Shown here: positions 48,512 through 59,526 of the stretch, in pieces
Numbering within the stretch: the first letter of the stretch is position 1
Layout: every line of letters starts with the position of its first letter
Assembly (NCBI GenBank): GCA_963761335.1
Contig: CAVXGR010000007.1
Coordinates: 64,001-128,000, forward strand
Reading direction: 5' to 3'
Origin: an uncultured delta proteobacterium
Lineage (GTDB): Bacteria > Desulfobacterota > Binatia > HRBIN30 > BPIQ01
Length of the DNA stretch: 64,000 bases
Position numbers and translations under genes: made by a program
Notes under the pieces: generated by a model
Told to the model about the DNA's origin: nothing
Databases searched by the model: none
What the model saw: only the letters and a program-made list of their open reading frames with translations

Positions 48512-49885
48512 TTGATCCGCGCCCGCACATCGCTCCCGCACGCGGCTCTGGCCCTCGCCGCCGGCTTCTGGATCGCGGTGTGCGGAGCTGCACCGGCACC
48601 GGCGACTGCTGCGCCGCTGCCGCGCATCGTCAACGGCACGGCGACAGCCGGCTACCCGAGCACCGGACTTCTGCTGATCTACACCGACGCCACGCGCACC
48701 GCGATCGGCGCCTTCTGCTCCGGTGTGTTGATCGGCTGCCACACCTTCCTGACGGCGGCGCACTGCCTGTGCCCCGTCGGCGCCGACACGGCGGCGACCT
48801 GCCTATCCAGCGGCCTCGTTCCTCCGTCGGCGCTGCAGGTGCTCTTGACCAACGGCGGCTTCTTCGACGTCGAGGGCGACGCCATTGATCCGCAGTTCAA
48901 CTTCGCAGCCGGCGGCGACCTGGGCATCGTCTCGCTGAGCAGAGACGCGAACGGCATCGGGCCCTCGCCGATCAACCGCCTACTCAAGCCTCCGCTGGCG
49001 ACGCCCGGAACCATCGTCGGCTTCGGCGTCACCCGGGTCGGGCGCAACAGCCCCAACGACGCCGGCATCAAGCGCCAAGGTCCGATGGTCACCGGCGATT
49101 GCAGCGACGGCTTGTCGAACGACGGCCAGCTGTGCTGGTCCTTCGTCGGCACCGGCGCCAACACCTGCGACGGCGACTCGGGCGGCCCGATGTTCGTCGA
49201 TGTGGGCGCCGGCACCACCGTCGCCGGCATCACCTCCGGCGGCAACAGCGCCACCTGCCTGGCACCAGACGAGGGCTTCGACACCGACGTGTTCAGCTAC
49301 GCGAGCTGGATCGCCGACCAGTCCGGCGCCGATCTCGGCGCCGCCGGCTGCGGCGACCTCGGAACGGTCGGATCGACCTCGGTGAGCGTCACCCCGTTCT
49401 CGGGTGCGCTGTCCGCGGCGGTGCCCGAGCAGCAGCTCGCCTTCAGCGTAGCGGAGAACACCCGCGTCCTGCGCGTCGCCCTCAACAGCCAGGTCTGGAG
49501 CAGCAGCAGCAACGACAACGACTTCGATCTGCTGCTGAGAGCCGGCGCACCGCCGACCAACACCAGCTTCGACTGCGCCGACCGCAGCCCGCTGCCGCTC
49601 GCCTACTGCGAGATCTCCGCGCCGGCCGCCGGCACCTGGTACGCGCTGGTCAGCCGCTATCGGGGAGACGGCGCTTTCCAGCTCACCGCGACCGCCTTCG
49701 CCGAGCCGGTTCCGTGCATCAGCGACTGCGACGGCAGCGGCCGCGTCACCGCCGCCGACATCGTCGCCGGGCTCGCCGTCGGCGCCGGGCGCCTACCAGC
49801 CTCCGCCTGCCCCGGCTCGGCCGGAATCCACAGCCTCGCCGATCTCCTCGACGGCATCGACAACGTCTTCAATGGCTGCCCGTAG
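48512..49885 (+). CDS. Secreted trypsin-like (S1) serine protease with PPC and dockerin-like modules
   Basis: RIVNG, LTAAHC, DLG, CDGDSGGP, DFDLLLRAG...GTWY, CISDCDGSGRVT. Confidence 0.9.
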   Translation: MIRARTSLPHAALALAAGFWIAVCGAAPAPATAAPLPRIVNGTATAGYPSTGLLLIYTDATRTAIGAFCSGVLIGCHTFLTAAHCLCPVGADTAATCLSSGLVPPSALQVLLTNGGFFDVEGDAIDPQFNFAAGGDLGIVSLSRDANGIGPSPINRLLKPPLATPGTIVGFGVTRVGRNSPNDAGIKRQGPMVTGDCSDGLSNDGQLCWSFVGTGANTCDGDSGGPMFVDVGAGTTVAGITSGGNSATCLAPDEGFDTDVFSYASWIADQSGADLGAAGCGDLGTVGSTSVSVTPFSGALSAAVPEQQLAFSVAENTRVLRVALNSQVWSSSSNDNDFDLLLRAGAPPTNTSFDCADRSPLPLAYCEISAPAAGTWYALVSRYRGDGAFQLTATAFAEPVPCISDCDGSGRVTAADIVAGLAVGAGRLPASACPGSAGIHSLADLLDGIDNVFNGCP

Positions 49886-50024
49886 CGGCGGGGTTTCGAT
49901 CGGCTTTGCCCAACGAATCGAGCCCACGGTGCCGCCGCCGAAGGTTGACTTTCGGCGCCAACCCGAGAACCTAAACTCGCCAATCCGTTAACCGAGCCAC
50001 CGAGAGACCGAGCCACCTGCATCT

Positions 50025-50867
50025 TCACGATGGCGGAAATTCCGCGTACTGCGGCAGATCATCTGTGATCACGTCCCATGGCGCCATCGAGCCGACGAAG
50101 ATGTGGCTCTGGGGGCGTGTGCCCGGGTCGTCGTCGAAGCCGCCCATCGGCACGATCGCCCAATCGCGGCTGCGATCGATGTACGGCGCCGCGGAGCCGC
50201 AGACTCGGCAGAAGGCCTGAGTGAAGCGCTGCGCTTCGGGCACCTTGTAGGCCTCGACGAGATCGGCGCCGCGGGTGAAGCGCAGGCCGTCGGCCTGGGT
50301 GATCAGGTTGGACGCGAACGCCGCCGAGCGCGCGCGCCGGCAGCGACCGCAGTGGCAGTAGCGGGCGCGGATCGGCGCTCCCTCCATGATGTAGGTGATA
50401 CCGCCGCAGAGACAGCTGCCGCGCGGCCTGCCGGGCGGGTCGAGCAGCGCCCGGTCGGGAAGTACCGCGGCATCCACTCCGGGCGGATAGGCGTCGAACT
50501 GCGGCAGCTGGTCGGTGATCTCCACCCACGGCGCCTTCGAGGCCGTGAAGATGTGCCCCACCGGCCGCACCCCGGGATCGGCGTCGAAGTTGCCCGCCGG
50601 CATGAAGATCTTGTCCTCGAACGCGGGCCCGGGAACCACCGATCCGCAGCGACCGCAGAAGCAGCGGACGATCCCCGGCGTCGACTCCCAGCGGCGCACC
50701 TGCTCACTTCCCTGCAGGCGGAATCCGCTCTCCGGACAGGCGACGAAGGTGGCGTAGGCGGCCCCGTGCGTCTTCCGGCAGCGCGAGCAGTGGCAATGGT
50801 GCATCAGCTCCAACGGCCCGTCGGCCTCCCAGGTGACACTTTCGCAGAGACAGCGCGCTCGGTTCAT
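50025..50867 (-). CDS. GFA/Mss4-like Zn protein with two tandem domains
   Basis: CLC...CHCSRCRK...FCGRCGS repeated as CLCG...CHCGRCRR...FCRVCGS. Confidence 0.9.
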   Translation of the reverse strand: MNRARCLCESVTWEADGPLELMHHCHCSRCRKTHGAAYATFVACPESGFRLQGSEQVRRWESTPGIVRCFCGRCGSVVPGPAFEDKIFMPAGNFDADPGVRPVGHIFTASKAPWVEITDQLPQFDAYPPGVDAAVLPDRALLDPPGRPRGSCLCGGITYIMEGAPIRARYCHCGRCRRARSAAFASNLITQADGLRFTRGADLVEAYKVPEAQRFTQAFCRVCGSAAPYIDRSRDWAIVPMGGFDDDPGTRPQSHIFVGSMAPWDVITDDLPQYAEFPPS

Positions 50868-50940
50868 GAACCTTCTGCTAGCACAGATCTCCATCCCGAT
50901 TCACGAGCGGAGATTCCACGGGCGATGAACGTCGGGGCTT

Positions 50941-51032
50941 CGGTTTACGGGTTCTCGGGTTGGAGGGTTGCCGGGTTCCTCACCAACCCGAAAACCCGTA
51001 AGCTCCCGAAACCGAGCCACCGAGCCACTGAA
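50941..51032. repeat. 8-nt periodic imperfect palindrome
   Basis: GGTTTACGGGTTCTCGGGTT...AACCCGAAAACCCGTAAGC, then ACCGAGCC units also seen at about 49960-50017. Confidence 0.62.
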
Positions 51033-51040
51033 CTCCGCGA

Positions 51041-53776
51041 ATGAACGAGCCGGACCCCGCCGACGACAGCACCGATGCGGAATCCCTGCGCCTGAGAGCC
51101 GACCGGGCGCGCACGCAGAACTGGAAGCGCTGGGGGCCGTACCTGTCGGAGCGACAGTGGGGCACGGTGCGCGAAGACTACTCGGCGAACGGTGACAGCT
51201 GGGAGTACCTCCCGCACGATCACGCCCGCAGCCGCGCCTATCGCTGGGGAGAGGACGGGCTGCTCGGCATCACCGACCGCGAGTGCCGCCTGTGCTTCGC
51301 TCTGGCGTTGTGGAACGGCCGCGATCCGATTCTCAAGGAGCGCCTCTTCGGCCTCACTGGGCCGGAGGGAAACCACGGCGAGGACGTGAAGGAGTGCTAC
51401 TTCTATCTCGACTCGACGCCGACGCACTCCTACATGAAGGCTCTCTACAAGTACCCGCAGGAGGCCTTTCCATACGCGCGGCTGGTCGAAGAGAACCGCC
51501 GCCGCAGCAAGGAAGTCCCGGAGTTCGAGATCCTCGACACCGGCGTCTTCGACGAGGGCCGTTACTTCGACGTGCAGGCCGAGTACGCCAAGAACGGACC
51601 GGACGACATCCTCATCCGCGTCACCGTCACCAACCGCGGGCCGGATGCCGCACGACTGCATCTGCTGCCGACGCTGTGGTTTCGCAACAACTGGTCGTGG
51701 GGCCGCGTCGGCGAGTCCTACGGGCCGCGACCGCGCATCGCCCGCAGCGGCGACACCGGCCTGGTTGCAGCCCAAGAAACACTCGGCCAGTTTCGTCTGG
51801 AGATCGAGTCCGACGGCGAGCCGCCGGGCTTTCTCTTCACCGAGAACGAGACCAACACCACCCGCCTCTACGGCACCGCGGGCGCCACCTACGTCAAGGA
51901 TGCCTTTCACGAGGTTGTCGTCCACGGCAAGCTCGCCGCGGCAAACCCCGAGCCGGTGGGCTCGAAGGCGTCGGCGCACTGCCTTCTCGATCTCCCCGCC
52001 GGCGGCGCGCGAGTGGTGCGCCTGCGCTTCTTTGCCGCCGACCAGGCGCCGCCCGCGCTCTTCGGCCCGGGCTTCGAGCAGATCTTCGCGCAGCGCATCG
52101 CCGAGGCGGACGAGTTCCACCAGCGCTGCGCTCCGGCGTCGTTGTCGGAAGAGGAGCGCCGCGTCGTGCGCCAGGCGCGAGCCGGGCTGCTGTGGTCGAA
52201 GCAGTTCTACTACTACGTCGTGCGCGAGTGGCTCGAGGGCGATCCGGCGGAGCCGCCTCCCCCGCCGGCACGGCAGCTCGGCCGCAACCACGAGTGGAGG
52301 CATCTCTACAACCGCGACGTCATCTCCATGCCCGACACCTGGGAGTACCCCTGGTACGCGGCGTGGGACCTCGCCTTTCACATGATCCCGTTCGCCGCGA
52401 TTGACCCGCACTTCGCCAAGGAGCAGCTCGTCCTCCTGCTGCGCGAATGGTACATGCATCCGAACGGGCAGATCCCCGCCTACGAGTTTGCCTTCTCGGA
52501 CGTCAACCCGCCGGTGCACGCCTGGAGCGCTTGGCGCGTCTACAAGATGACCGGGCCACGCGGCGGCCGCGACCGCTTCTTTCTGGCGCGCGTCTTTCAG
52601 AAGCTGCTCATCAACTTCACCTGGTGGGTGAACCGCAAGGACGCCGAGGGCAACAACCTCTTCTCGGGCGGCTTTCTCGGCCTCGACAACATCGGCGTCT
52701 TCGACCGCTCCCGGCCGCTGCCCACCGGCGGCCGCCTGGAGCAAGCGGATGGCACCGCCTGGATGGCGTTCTACTGCAACACCATGCTGTCGATGGCGCT
52801 GGAGCTGGCGCGAGAGAACCCGGAGTACGAAGACGTCGCCTCGAAGTTCTTCGAGCACTTCGTCGCCATCTCCGACGCCATGAACAGCATGGGCGGCGAA
52901 GGCCTCTGGGACGAGGAAGACGGCTTCTACTATGACCAGGTGCATCACGACGGCACGCACATCCCGCTGCGGGTGCGATCCCTCATCGGCCTCATTCCCC
53001 TCCTTGCCGTCGAGGTGCTCGATCAATCGGCGATCGATCGATTGCCCGGCTTTCGCAAGCGCATGCAGTGGTTCATCGAGAACCGGCCGGACCTGGCGGC
53101 GAACATCGCCTGGATGGCGGCTCGTGACGACAACCCCCACGGCCGGCGCCTGCTGGCGCTGCCCTCCCGCAAACGCCTGGAAGGCGTGCTGCGCTACCTG
53201 CTCGACGAGAACGAGTTCCTCTCTCCCCATGGGATTCGCTCGGTCTCGCGCTTTCACAGGGATCATCCCTACGTGTTCACCGCCGGCGGGCAGGAGTACC
53301 GCGTCAGCTACCTACCCGGCGAGTCGGACAGCGGTCTCTTCGGCGGCAACTCCAACTGGCGCGGACCGATCTGGTTCCCGCTCAACTACCTCCTGATCGA
53401 GGCGCTCGAACGCTATCATCACTTCTACGGCGACAGCTTGCAGGTCGAGTTTCCCACCGGCTCCGGGCGCCGGCTCAACCTCGCGCAAGTGGCGCGGGAG
53501 CTGGCGGCGCGGCTCGCCGGCATCTTTCTCGCGGACGAGAGCGGTCGCCGCCCCTGCCACGGCGGCGACCGCCGCTTCGCCGACGATCCTCACTGGCGAG
53601 ACCTCATCCTCTTCTACGAGTACTTTCACGGCGACAGCGGCCGCGGGCTCGGCGCCAGCCACCAGACCGGCTGGACAGCGCTCGCCGCCCGCTGCATCGA
53701 GAAGTGCGCCCGCGGGCGGGCCGAGCCGCCGGCGGCCCCGATCGCCTCGCCCGTAGCGCCTGCCGGGAGCGAGTAG
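51041..53776 (+). CDS. GH63-like glucosidase (MGH1-like)
   Basis: [63 protein letters not shown]. Confidence 0.93.
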   Translation: MNEPDPADDSTDAESLRLRADRARTQNWKRWGPYLSERQWGTVREDYSANGDSWEYLPHDHARSRAYRWGEDGLLGITDRECRLCFALALWNGRDPILKERLFGLTGPEGNHGEDVKECYFYLDSTPTHSYMKALYKYPQEAFPYARLVEENRRRSKEVPEFEILDTGVFDEGRYFDVQAEYAKNGPDDILIRVTVTNRGPDAARLHLLPTLWFRNNWSWGRVGESYGPRPRIARSGDTGLVAAQETLGQFRLEIESDGEPPGFLFTENETNTTRLYGTAGATYVKDAFHEVVVHGKLAAANPEPVGSKASAHCLLDLPAGGARVVRLRFFAADQAPPALFGPGFEQIFAQRIAEADEFHQRCAPASLSEEERRVVRQARAGLLWSKQFYYYVVREWLEGDPAEPPPPPARQLGRNHEWRHLYNRDVISMPDTWEYPWYAAWDLAFHMIPFAAIDPHFAKEQLVLLLREWYMHPNGQIPAYEFAFSDVNPPVHAWSAWRVYKMTGPRGGRDRFFLARVFQKLLINFTWWVNRKDAEGNNLFSGGFLGLDNIGVFDRSRPLPTGGRLEQADGTAWMAFYCNTMLSMALELARENPEYEDVASKFFEHFVAISDAMNSMGGEGLWDEEDGFYYDQVHHDGTHIPLRVRSLIGLIPLLAVEVLDQSAIDRLPGFRKRMQWFIENRPDLAANIAWMAARDDNPHGRRLLALPSRKRLEGVLRYLLDENEFLSPHGIRSVSRFHRDHPYVFTAGGQEYRVSYLPGESDSGLFGGNSNWRGPIWFPLNYLLIEALERYHHFYGDSLQVEFPTGSGRRLNLAQVARELAARLAGIFLADESGRRPCHGGDRRFADDPHWRDLILFYEYFHGDSGRGLGASHQTGWTALAARCIEKCARGRAEPPAAPIASPVAPAGSE

Positions 53777-53822
53777 AAGCGCCGTCCCGGCGCTTTCCGA
53801 AACGGCGAGACGCCGCTTCTAC
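53773..53822. repeat. GTAG-type REP doublet overlapping the GH63 stop codon
   Basis: GTAGAAGCGCCGTCCCGGCGC-TTTCCGAA-ACGGCGAGACGCCGCTTCTAC. Confidence 0.85.
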
Positions 53823-53848
53823 TCCGCCCGCGCGCCGGCGGCTCGACC

Positions 53849-54166
53849 TCAGCGCCCCACTTCCCCGGTCCGGCGCAGGTGTCGTTGATAGTAGCCGAGG
53901 GTGCGGAGCGAGAAAGGCTCGGCCTCGACCAGCGCGAAGGCCCCGGCCGCGTCGCTCGCCCAGCCGACGCAGAGGCGGCCATCCTCGTCGCGGACGAACG
54001 CCAGCCGCCCGTGTACCCCCGGCTCTTTGCGCAGCTCGTATGTCGGCCCCGTCATCACCAGGCTCTCGCCGCGCGCCAACGCCGCCTCGACGCCGAGCTG
54101 CCGCAGCAGGCGCCGCGCCTTGACGGAGGTGATGCCGTCGGCAGGAGCGTCCCGGCCGCGGCTCAC
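53849..54166 (-). CDS. Hypothetical protein
   Basis: GTG start overlaps the upstream TGA; fills the gap with plausible composition. Confidence 0.55.
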   Translation of the reverse strand: MSRGRDAPADGITSVKARRLLRQLGVEAALARGESLVMTGPTYELRKEPGVHGRLAFVRDEDGRLCVGWASDAAGAFALVEAEPFSLRTLGYYQRHLRRTGEVGR

Positions 54167-54789
54167 TTCGCCTGCGGATAAACGGCGTACGTGCCGGTGA
54201 TCGCCGCTTGCCCGAGCACGTGTCCGCGAATCGCCTGCCGCACGTCGTCGCCGGTGAACTTGCCGTCGACCGGACAGCGCTCGGCGTCAAGCGCGTAGAG
54301 GGTGAAGTGATAGTGGTGGATGATCTCGTCGTTCCACGGCGGGCAGGGGCCATCGTAGCCGAAGTACTCGCCCGACATCTCCTGGTCGGCAGCGAACCAC
54401 TGAGTGTAGTTGTTGAGTCCCTGGCGAGTGCCGCGCGGCCCCTGGGGACCGTCTTTGCCGCGCGGCGTGATGCCGCTCGAGAGCTCTCCTTCAGCGATGG
54501 ACACAGCGTCCGCCGGCAGATCGACGAGAACCCAGTGAAAGAAATCGACGCGCGGCAGGCTCCGGGGGACTGTCTTGCCTTCCTGATTGACGTCATCGGG
54601 GCGGCTCGGGACATCCGAGTCATGGCAGATCAAGGCCAGGGACCTGGTTCCCGGCGGGAGCTCCGACCACGCCAGATGGGGGTTGCGATTGTCACTCAGC
54701 TCGACATGGGTCTCGGCATTCGCTTTGCCGAAGGCGCAGCGCTCGGGAATCCGCTGGCCGTTCGCGAAGCTGTCGCTCCAGATCTTCAT
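54163..54789 (-). CDS. YbhB/YbcL-family (PEBP, Raf kinase inhibitor-like) protein
   Basis: NPHLAWS, FFHWVLVD, YDGPCPPWND, HHYHFTLYALD. Confidence 0.93.
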   Translation of the reverse strand: MKIWSDSFANGQRIPERCAFGKANAETHVELSDNRNPHLAWSELPPGTRSLALICHDSDVPSRPDDVNQEGKTVPRSLPRVDFFHWVLVDLPADAVSIAEGELSSGITPRGKDGPQGPRGTRQGLNNYTQWFAADQEMSGEYFGYDGPCPPWNDEIIHHYHFTLYALDAERCPVDGKFTGDDVRQAIRGHVLGQAAITGTYAVYPQAK

Positions 54790-54865
54790 GGCGCCGTCCT
54801 CCTCATCGCATCGATGCGGCGAATGATGCGCAGCCGCCGCACCGCTGTCAACGTGCGATCGTCCC

Positions 54866-55807
54866 TCACGTCTCGGCGGCGGACTCCGCCCACTCGCCCG
54901 CCGGGGCGGTTTCGCGCGAGCTGATGATGGCACCGATGGCGACGAGCACGGTCACGCCGCCGGCGATCTGCGGAGCGCGCAACATCTCGCCCAGAAACAC
55001 GGCCGCCAGCGCCGAGGCGATGATCGGAATCGCCAGCATCATGATCGACATGATGAACGCCGACGCGTGACGGTGCGCCCAGTTGGTGAGGAAATGGCCG
55101 AGCGTCCCGGGAAGGACGGCGATGCCGGCGAGGAGCAGCCAGTCCCAGCCCCGCGGCGAGCCGAGCTGCTGACCGGTGAGCAGGCAGGCGAGCAGGATCC
55201 AGAAGCCCGCCACCGTGGTCATGCCGACGACGTACTCGGAGGCACCGATGTGGGTGCGGAGGCGCTTGGAGACCAGGAAGTAGGCGGTGAAGGCGAAGAG
55301 GTTGGCGACGGCGACCAGATCGCCGAAGGGGCTCCAGGACGGCGAGCCGGCGGAGCCGACGATGACGATCACGGTGCCGGCCATGGCGAGCAGCGACCAG
55401 CCGAGGCCGCGCCAGCTGGTGCGCTCGCCGAAGGCGCGGCCCGCCACCAGCAGCACCAGCACCGGCTGCAGCGAGCCGATGATGGTGACGTTGGCGACGC
55501 TGGTGAGCTTCACGCAGTTGAAGAAGAGGACCTGGTGCAGGCCGAAGAGACTGCCGCCGATCAGGCTGGCGTTGAGCCAGTTGCGGTCCATTCGCCGGCG
55601 CAGCGACGGCGTCACCGCGGTGAGCGTCCACAGCAGTGCCGCAGCGAACCACAGGCGGTAGAAGGAGGCGACCAGGCCGGTGGTGGAGATCGCCTTGATG
55701 GCGACGTTGCTGCACCCCCAGGTCGCCACCGCTCCCGCCATCGCCAGGATGGCGAGCGACGACTGGTCGGCGAACCGCGCCTTGAAGATGAGCTTCTTCC
55801 CAGACAT
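54866..55807 (-). CDS. DMT/EamA family transporter
   Basis: About 10 TM segments in two EamA repeats, TSVANVTII, LAAVFLGE. Confidence 0.9.
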   Translation of the reverse strand: MSGKKLIFKARFADQSSLAILAMAGAVATWGCSNVAIKAISTTGLVASFYRLWFAAALLWTLTAVTPSLRRRMDRNWLNASLIGGSLFGLHQVLFFNCVKLTSVANVTIIGSLQPVLVLLVAGRAFGERTSWRGLGWSLLAMAGTVIVIVGSAGSPSWSPFGDLVAVANLFAFTAYFLVSKRLRTHIGASEYVVGMTTVAGFWILLACLLTGQQLGSPRGWDWLLLAGIAVLPGTLGHFLTNWAHRHASAFIMSIMMLAIPIIASALAAVFLGEMLRAPQIAGGVTVLVAIGAIISSRETAPAGEWAESAAET

Positions 55808-55851
55808 ATTCTCCACAGCCCGCCGCAAGGGCCGGCGCGATCGCGAAGTAG

Positions 55852-56817
55852 ATGCCACATTCATCCCGATATGCGAAGCTTGCCTGGCTGACGCTGGGCT
55901 TCAATCTGCTGGTGATTCTGTGGGGCGCCTTTGTGCGCGCCAGCGGCTCCGGAGCGGGCTGCGGCAGCCATTGGCCGCTGTGCAATGGCGAGGTCGTGCC
56001 GCACTCGCCGGCGGTGGCCACCATGATCGAGTTCGGCCATCGCCTGAGCAGCGGCGTCGCCCTGCTGTTGATCGCCGGCCTGGTCATCGGCGCCTGGCGT
56101 CTCTATCCGCGCGGCCACCGCGTGCGCCTCGGCGCCGCTCTGTCCGGGCTCTTCATCGTCACCGAGGCGCTCATCGGCGCCGGTCTGGTGCTGCTCGAGC
56201 TGGTGGCCCACAACGCCTCGGCAGCGCGCGGCTTCTGGGTGGCCGGGCACCTGCTGAACACCTTCCTGCTGGTGGCCGCCCTGACCGTCACCGCATGGTG
56301 GGCCTCGGGAGGGTCGTGGCTGCGCCTCCGCGACCGCGGGACACTGCCACTCGCCCTCGGGATCGCCGTCGCCGGCGTCCTCGTGCTCGCCATCAGCGGC
56401 GCGGTCACCGCCCTCGGCGACACGCTCTTTCCCGCAACCAGCCTGGCACAGGCGGAGGCGCAGACCTTCTCGCCGACGGCGCACATCTTCGTGCGCCTGC
56501 GCATCTGGCATCCGACGCTCGCCGTCGTCGTCGGCTTCGCCCTGCTCGTCGCCTGCGCCCGCGCCCTTGCCGAGCCGCGATCCAGCGCCCGCCCGTTCGC
56601 CGTCGGCCTGATCGGGCTCTATCTGCTGCAGCTGAGCGTCGGTCTGGTGAACGTCTGGTTTCTGGCCCCGATCGGCATCCAAGTCCTGCATCTGTTGCTC
56701 TCGGACCTGATCTGGATCTTCCTGGTGCTGATGACCGCCAGCGCCCTCGCCGAGCCACAGCGCGCCACCAACCCTCTCTACGCCGAGGCCGGCGCCGCAG
56801 TCTCGCAGCGGCTGTGA
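55852..56817 (+). CDS. COX15/CtaA-family (heme A synthase-like) protein
   Basis: SGAGCGSHWPLCNG, EFGHR, conserved His in TM helices. Confidence 0.85.
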   Translation: MPHSSRYAKLAWLTLGFNLLVILWGAFVRASGSGAGCGSHWPLCNGEVVPHSPAVATMIEFGHRLSSGVALLLIAGLVIGAWRLYPRGHRVRLGAALSGLFIVTEALIGAGLVLLELVAHNASAARGFWVAGHLLNTFLLVAALTVTAWWASGGSWLRLRDRGTLPLALGIAVAGVLVLAISGAVTALGDTLFPATSLAQAEAQTFSPTAHIFVRLRIWHPTLAVVVGFALLVACARALAEPRSSARPFAVGLIGLYLLQLSVGLVNVWFLAPIGIQVLHLLLSDLIWIFLVLMTASALAEPQRATNPLYAEAGAAVSQRL

Positions 56818-56855
56818 TCGGGGAAGGCGAGGTTACCGAGGAGCACCCGTTTTCA

Positions 56856-56985
56856 TTCTCATTCCCGGTTCTCGTTCCGTCGTTTTCCATTCGCTCTGAC
56901 AGCCGCGAGTCGCCCGCAGCGGACCCCTCTCACCGCGACTCGCAGAACCGATGGAAAACGACGGAACGAGAACCGGGAATGAGAA
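56856..56985. repeat. Perfect 35-bp inverted repeat (long hairpin) between convergent genes
   Basis: 56856-56890 is the exact reverse complement of 56951-56985; inner stem GCGAGTCGC/GCGACTCGC. Confidence 0.9.
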
Positions 56986-57040
56986 CGGAGAATGAGGGGC
57001 AACCCGCCTTCCTGCGCTCCGATGGTCGCCGGGGTTGCCG

Positions 57041-58621
57041 CTATGAGGAGACGTGGGGCGTCAGGTGCAGCGAGTGGTCGCTGCCGCTGCCGCGAAGGAA
57101 CAGCAGGCGCTGGGCCTCCGGATCGAAGCTCCAGCTGTCGCCCTCCGACACCTGGACGTCGAAGCCGTCCGGGTAGTGGCGGGCGGCGGGCACGAAGATC
57201 TCGGTGGGGTCGGGCGGGCGGTTCTCCGGATCGTCGCGGAACTCGAGATCGAAGACGCGGGTGTCGGGGTCGAAGCGCATGAGCGTCGGCACCCCCGCGA
57301 TGCGGCGCCCGTAGGGGCGGGCAAGGACGTCGACCAATGACCCCTTCTCGTTGCCTTCGGCGTCGACGACGCTGAAGGTGTTGTCGGAGGGGAAGTAGGC
57401 CCACACGGCGCCGCCGATCAGGCGGCGATCCTGCTCGGCGAGGCTGTCGCGCAGGAACAGCTCGGTGGCGGCGCGGTAGCCACCGGCCTCCGCGGTGTTG
57501 CCGCCGAACTCGCCGACGAACAACGGCCCACCGAGGCCCTGCGCCTCGGTCTCCGCCAAGGTGTAATCGGCGGTGATCTTCGCGGCATCGCCGTCGTACT
57601 TGAGCTCGGGAAGACCGTAGGTCTCGGTGTACAGGTGCGGCGCGTACACCACGTCCGGCGCAAACGGCTCGGTCGTCGTCGGCGCGCCGATGTTGCGGGT
57701 GATCGAAGGAGTGAAGAAGAAGGTCTGCCCGGCGCCCTCCTCCTGCACCGCTTGCCGCACGCGGCGATAGAAGGGATCGAGCACCTCAGTCTCGAAGGTG
57801 CCGACCGGGATGCAGGTGAAGGCGGTCGGCTCGTTGAAGTAATCGAAGCCGGCGATGCGTGCATCGCCGGCGTAGTGGCGCGCCACCAGCCGCCAGGCGT
57901 CGACGAAGTGATCAATCAACGTGCGGCCGTCCGCCGCCGTGGCGCCCTGGAAGAAATCGCACGAGGCGCGTTGCTGTCCGGCGGTGTCGTCGCTGTAGCC
58001 GCGTCCGTCGCAGACCCAGGCAGGCGCGCCGTTGCCGTTGGTGAAGCACGGCGACCACTGGAACTGGTGCATCTCGAGGACGACGAGCATGCCGTGCGCC
58101 GCGGCGTACTCGACGACCGGATCGACCTGCTCGAGCAGATAGGTGTCGTCGTACTGGCTCGGTTGCGGCTCGAGATAGCTCCAGGCGATCGGCAGGCGAA
58201 TGACGTCGAAGCCCCAGCTCTGCATCTGCGCGAAGTCCGACTCCTCCGGGCCGTGGGCGTGGCCGATGAAGTTGCCGAACTCGAGCCCCGAGTAGTTGGC
58301 GCCGCGCAGGAGAACGACCCGCTCCTGGGAGTCGCGAATCCAGTCGCTCTCGGCGTGGATGCGCAGGGCCTCCAGGGTGGCGATGCGCGTCGGCGTCACC
58401 GTCGGCGTCGCCGAGGGCTCGGGAGTCGAGGTCGGCGACATCTCCACGGTCGCCGTTGGCGTGGCGGTCGACACCGCGGTGGCCGCTGTGGTCGCGGTCG
58501 CCGTCGCCTCCGCGCCTGCGGTCGCCGTCGGCGAGAGCAGCGGAACCGGGGAGAGGCCGTTGTCACAGCCGGTGGCGAAGGCGAGAGCCAACAGGAACGG
58601 GCAGAAGGAGCGCAGTCGCAT
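57041..58621 (-). CDS. GH5 endoglycoceramidase-like lipoprotein
   Basis: Lipobox FATGC, Thr/Pro linker, LRGAN, WSYLEP, FNEP (acid/base), APHLY, VGEFG (nucleophile), RPY C-terminal domain. Confidence 0.88.
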   Translation of the reverse strand: MRLRSFCPFLLALAFATGCDNGLSPVPLLSPTATAGAEATATATTAATAVSTATPTATVEMSPTSTPEPSATPTVTPTRIATLEALRIHAESDWIRDSQERVVLLRGANYSGLEFGNFIGHAHGPEESDFAQMQSWGFDVIRLPIAWSYLEPQPSQYDDTYLLEQVDPVVEYAAAHGMLVVLEMHQFQWSPCFTNGNGAPAWVCDGRGYSDDTAGQQRASCDFFQGATAADGRTLIDHFVDAWRLVARHYAGDARIAGFDYFNEPTAFTCIPVGTFETEVLDPFYRRVRQAVQEEGAGQTFFFTPSITRNIGAPTTTEPFAPDVVYAPHLYTETYGLPELKYDGDAAKITADYTLAETEAQGLGGPLFVGEFGGNTAEAGGYRAATELFLRDSLAEQDRRLIGGAVWAYFPSDNTFSVVDAEGNEKGSLVDVLARPYGRRIAGVPTLMRFDPDTRVFDLEFRDDPENRPPDPTEIFVPAARHYPDGFDVQVSEGDSWSFDPEAQRLLFLRGSGSDHSLHLTPHVSS

Positions 58622-58750
58622 GCGGGACTTGTCCCCGATCCTCGGCGCGTCTGTCAAGGACGGCGTTGCCGCGGCGCCGCAGTGGCATCCGCGGGCCGTA
58701 TTTCCTTGACGTCCATCCTCTCCCCAAACGGAGAACGCCGTCGCCGCATA

Positions 58751-58766
58751 TGGCGTGAGCTTTGCT
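58751..58766 (+). promoter_or_regulatory. Putative sigma54 promoter of the pspA-like gene
   Basis: TGGCGTGAGCTTTGCT, 38 bp upstream of ATG 58804. Confidence 0.65.
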
Positions 58767-58803
58767 GCACACTCCCCGGAATCGCCTTGGAAGGAGGCCA
58801 ACG

Positions 58804-59490
58804 ATGACCATTTTCAAGAGGATGCAGTACATCGTACGCGGCAAGACCGAGAAGGTCCTGGACTGTTTGGAGAAGCCCGAGGAGCAGCTCTCGGTCTTCA
58901 TCAACGAGCTGAACGATCAGCTGGTCAGCCTGCAGAAGGCTGTGGCGCGGGCGATGGCGGACGAGAAGCGCCTGAAGATGGAGATCGACGACCACCTCTC
59001 GCAGGCCGGAGAATGGGAGAAGCGCGCCGTTCTGGCGGTAGAGAGCGGCAACGACGAGCTCGCCAAGCAGGCCCTGCTCAAGAAGGAGGAGCGCGAGTCC
59101 CGCGCCCTGGACGTGCAGAAGGCCTGGGAGTCGCAGCGCGCCGCCACCGAGAAGCTCAAGGCCTCACTGCAGACGAGCAAGGAGCGCATCGCCGACGCCA
59201 AGCGCAAGTACACCTTGATGGTCGCTCAGTACAAGTCGGCGGAAACCAACAAGAAGGTGCAGGACTCCCTCTCGGAGCACGCGCGCAACTCGCCGGCGGC
59301 GATGATGGAACGGCTGAATGACAAGATCCGCACCATCGAGGCAGAGACCGAGGCGGCCCTGGAGCTCACTGGCGACGCCGGCGGCGCCGAGCTGGAGGCG
59401 AAGTTCGCCGATCTCGAGCGCGGCAAGCGCGGCGAGCAGGCATTGGAGTCGCTGAAGGCCAAGCTGGCAGAGAAGCCGCCGGCGCCGTAA
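58804..59490 (+). CDS. pspA: PspA/IM30 family protein
   Basis: MTIFKRMQYIVRG amphipathic helix, LEKPEEQL, GNDELAKQAL, long coiled coil, LEAKFADLE; AAGGAGG RBS. Confidence 0.9.
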   Translation: MTIFKRMQYIVRGKTEKVLDCLEKPEEQLSVFINELNDQLVSLQKAVARAMADEKRLKMEIDDHLSQAGEWEKRAVLAVESGNDELAKQALLKKEERESRALDVQKAWESQRAATEKLKASLQTSKERIADAKRKYTLMVAQYKSAETNKKVQDSLSEHARNSPAAMMERLNDKIRTIEAETEAALELTGDAGGAELEAKFADLERGKRGEQALESLKAKLAEKPPAP

Positions 59491-59526
59491 TCGCGCCGCG
59501 GGGAACAGGGACGGTATCCCATACCT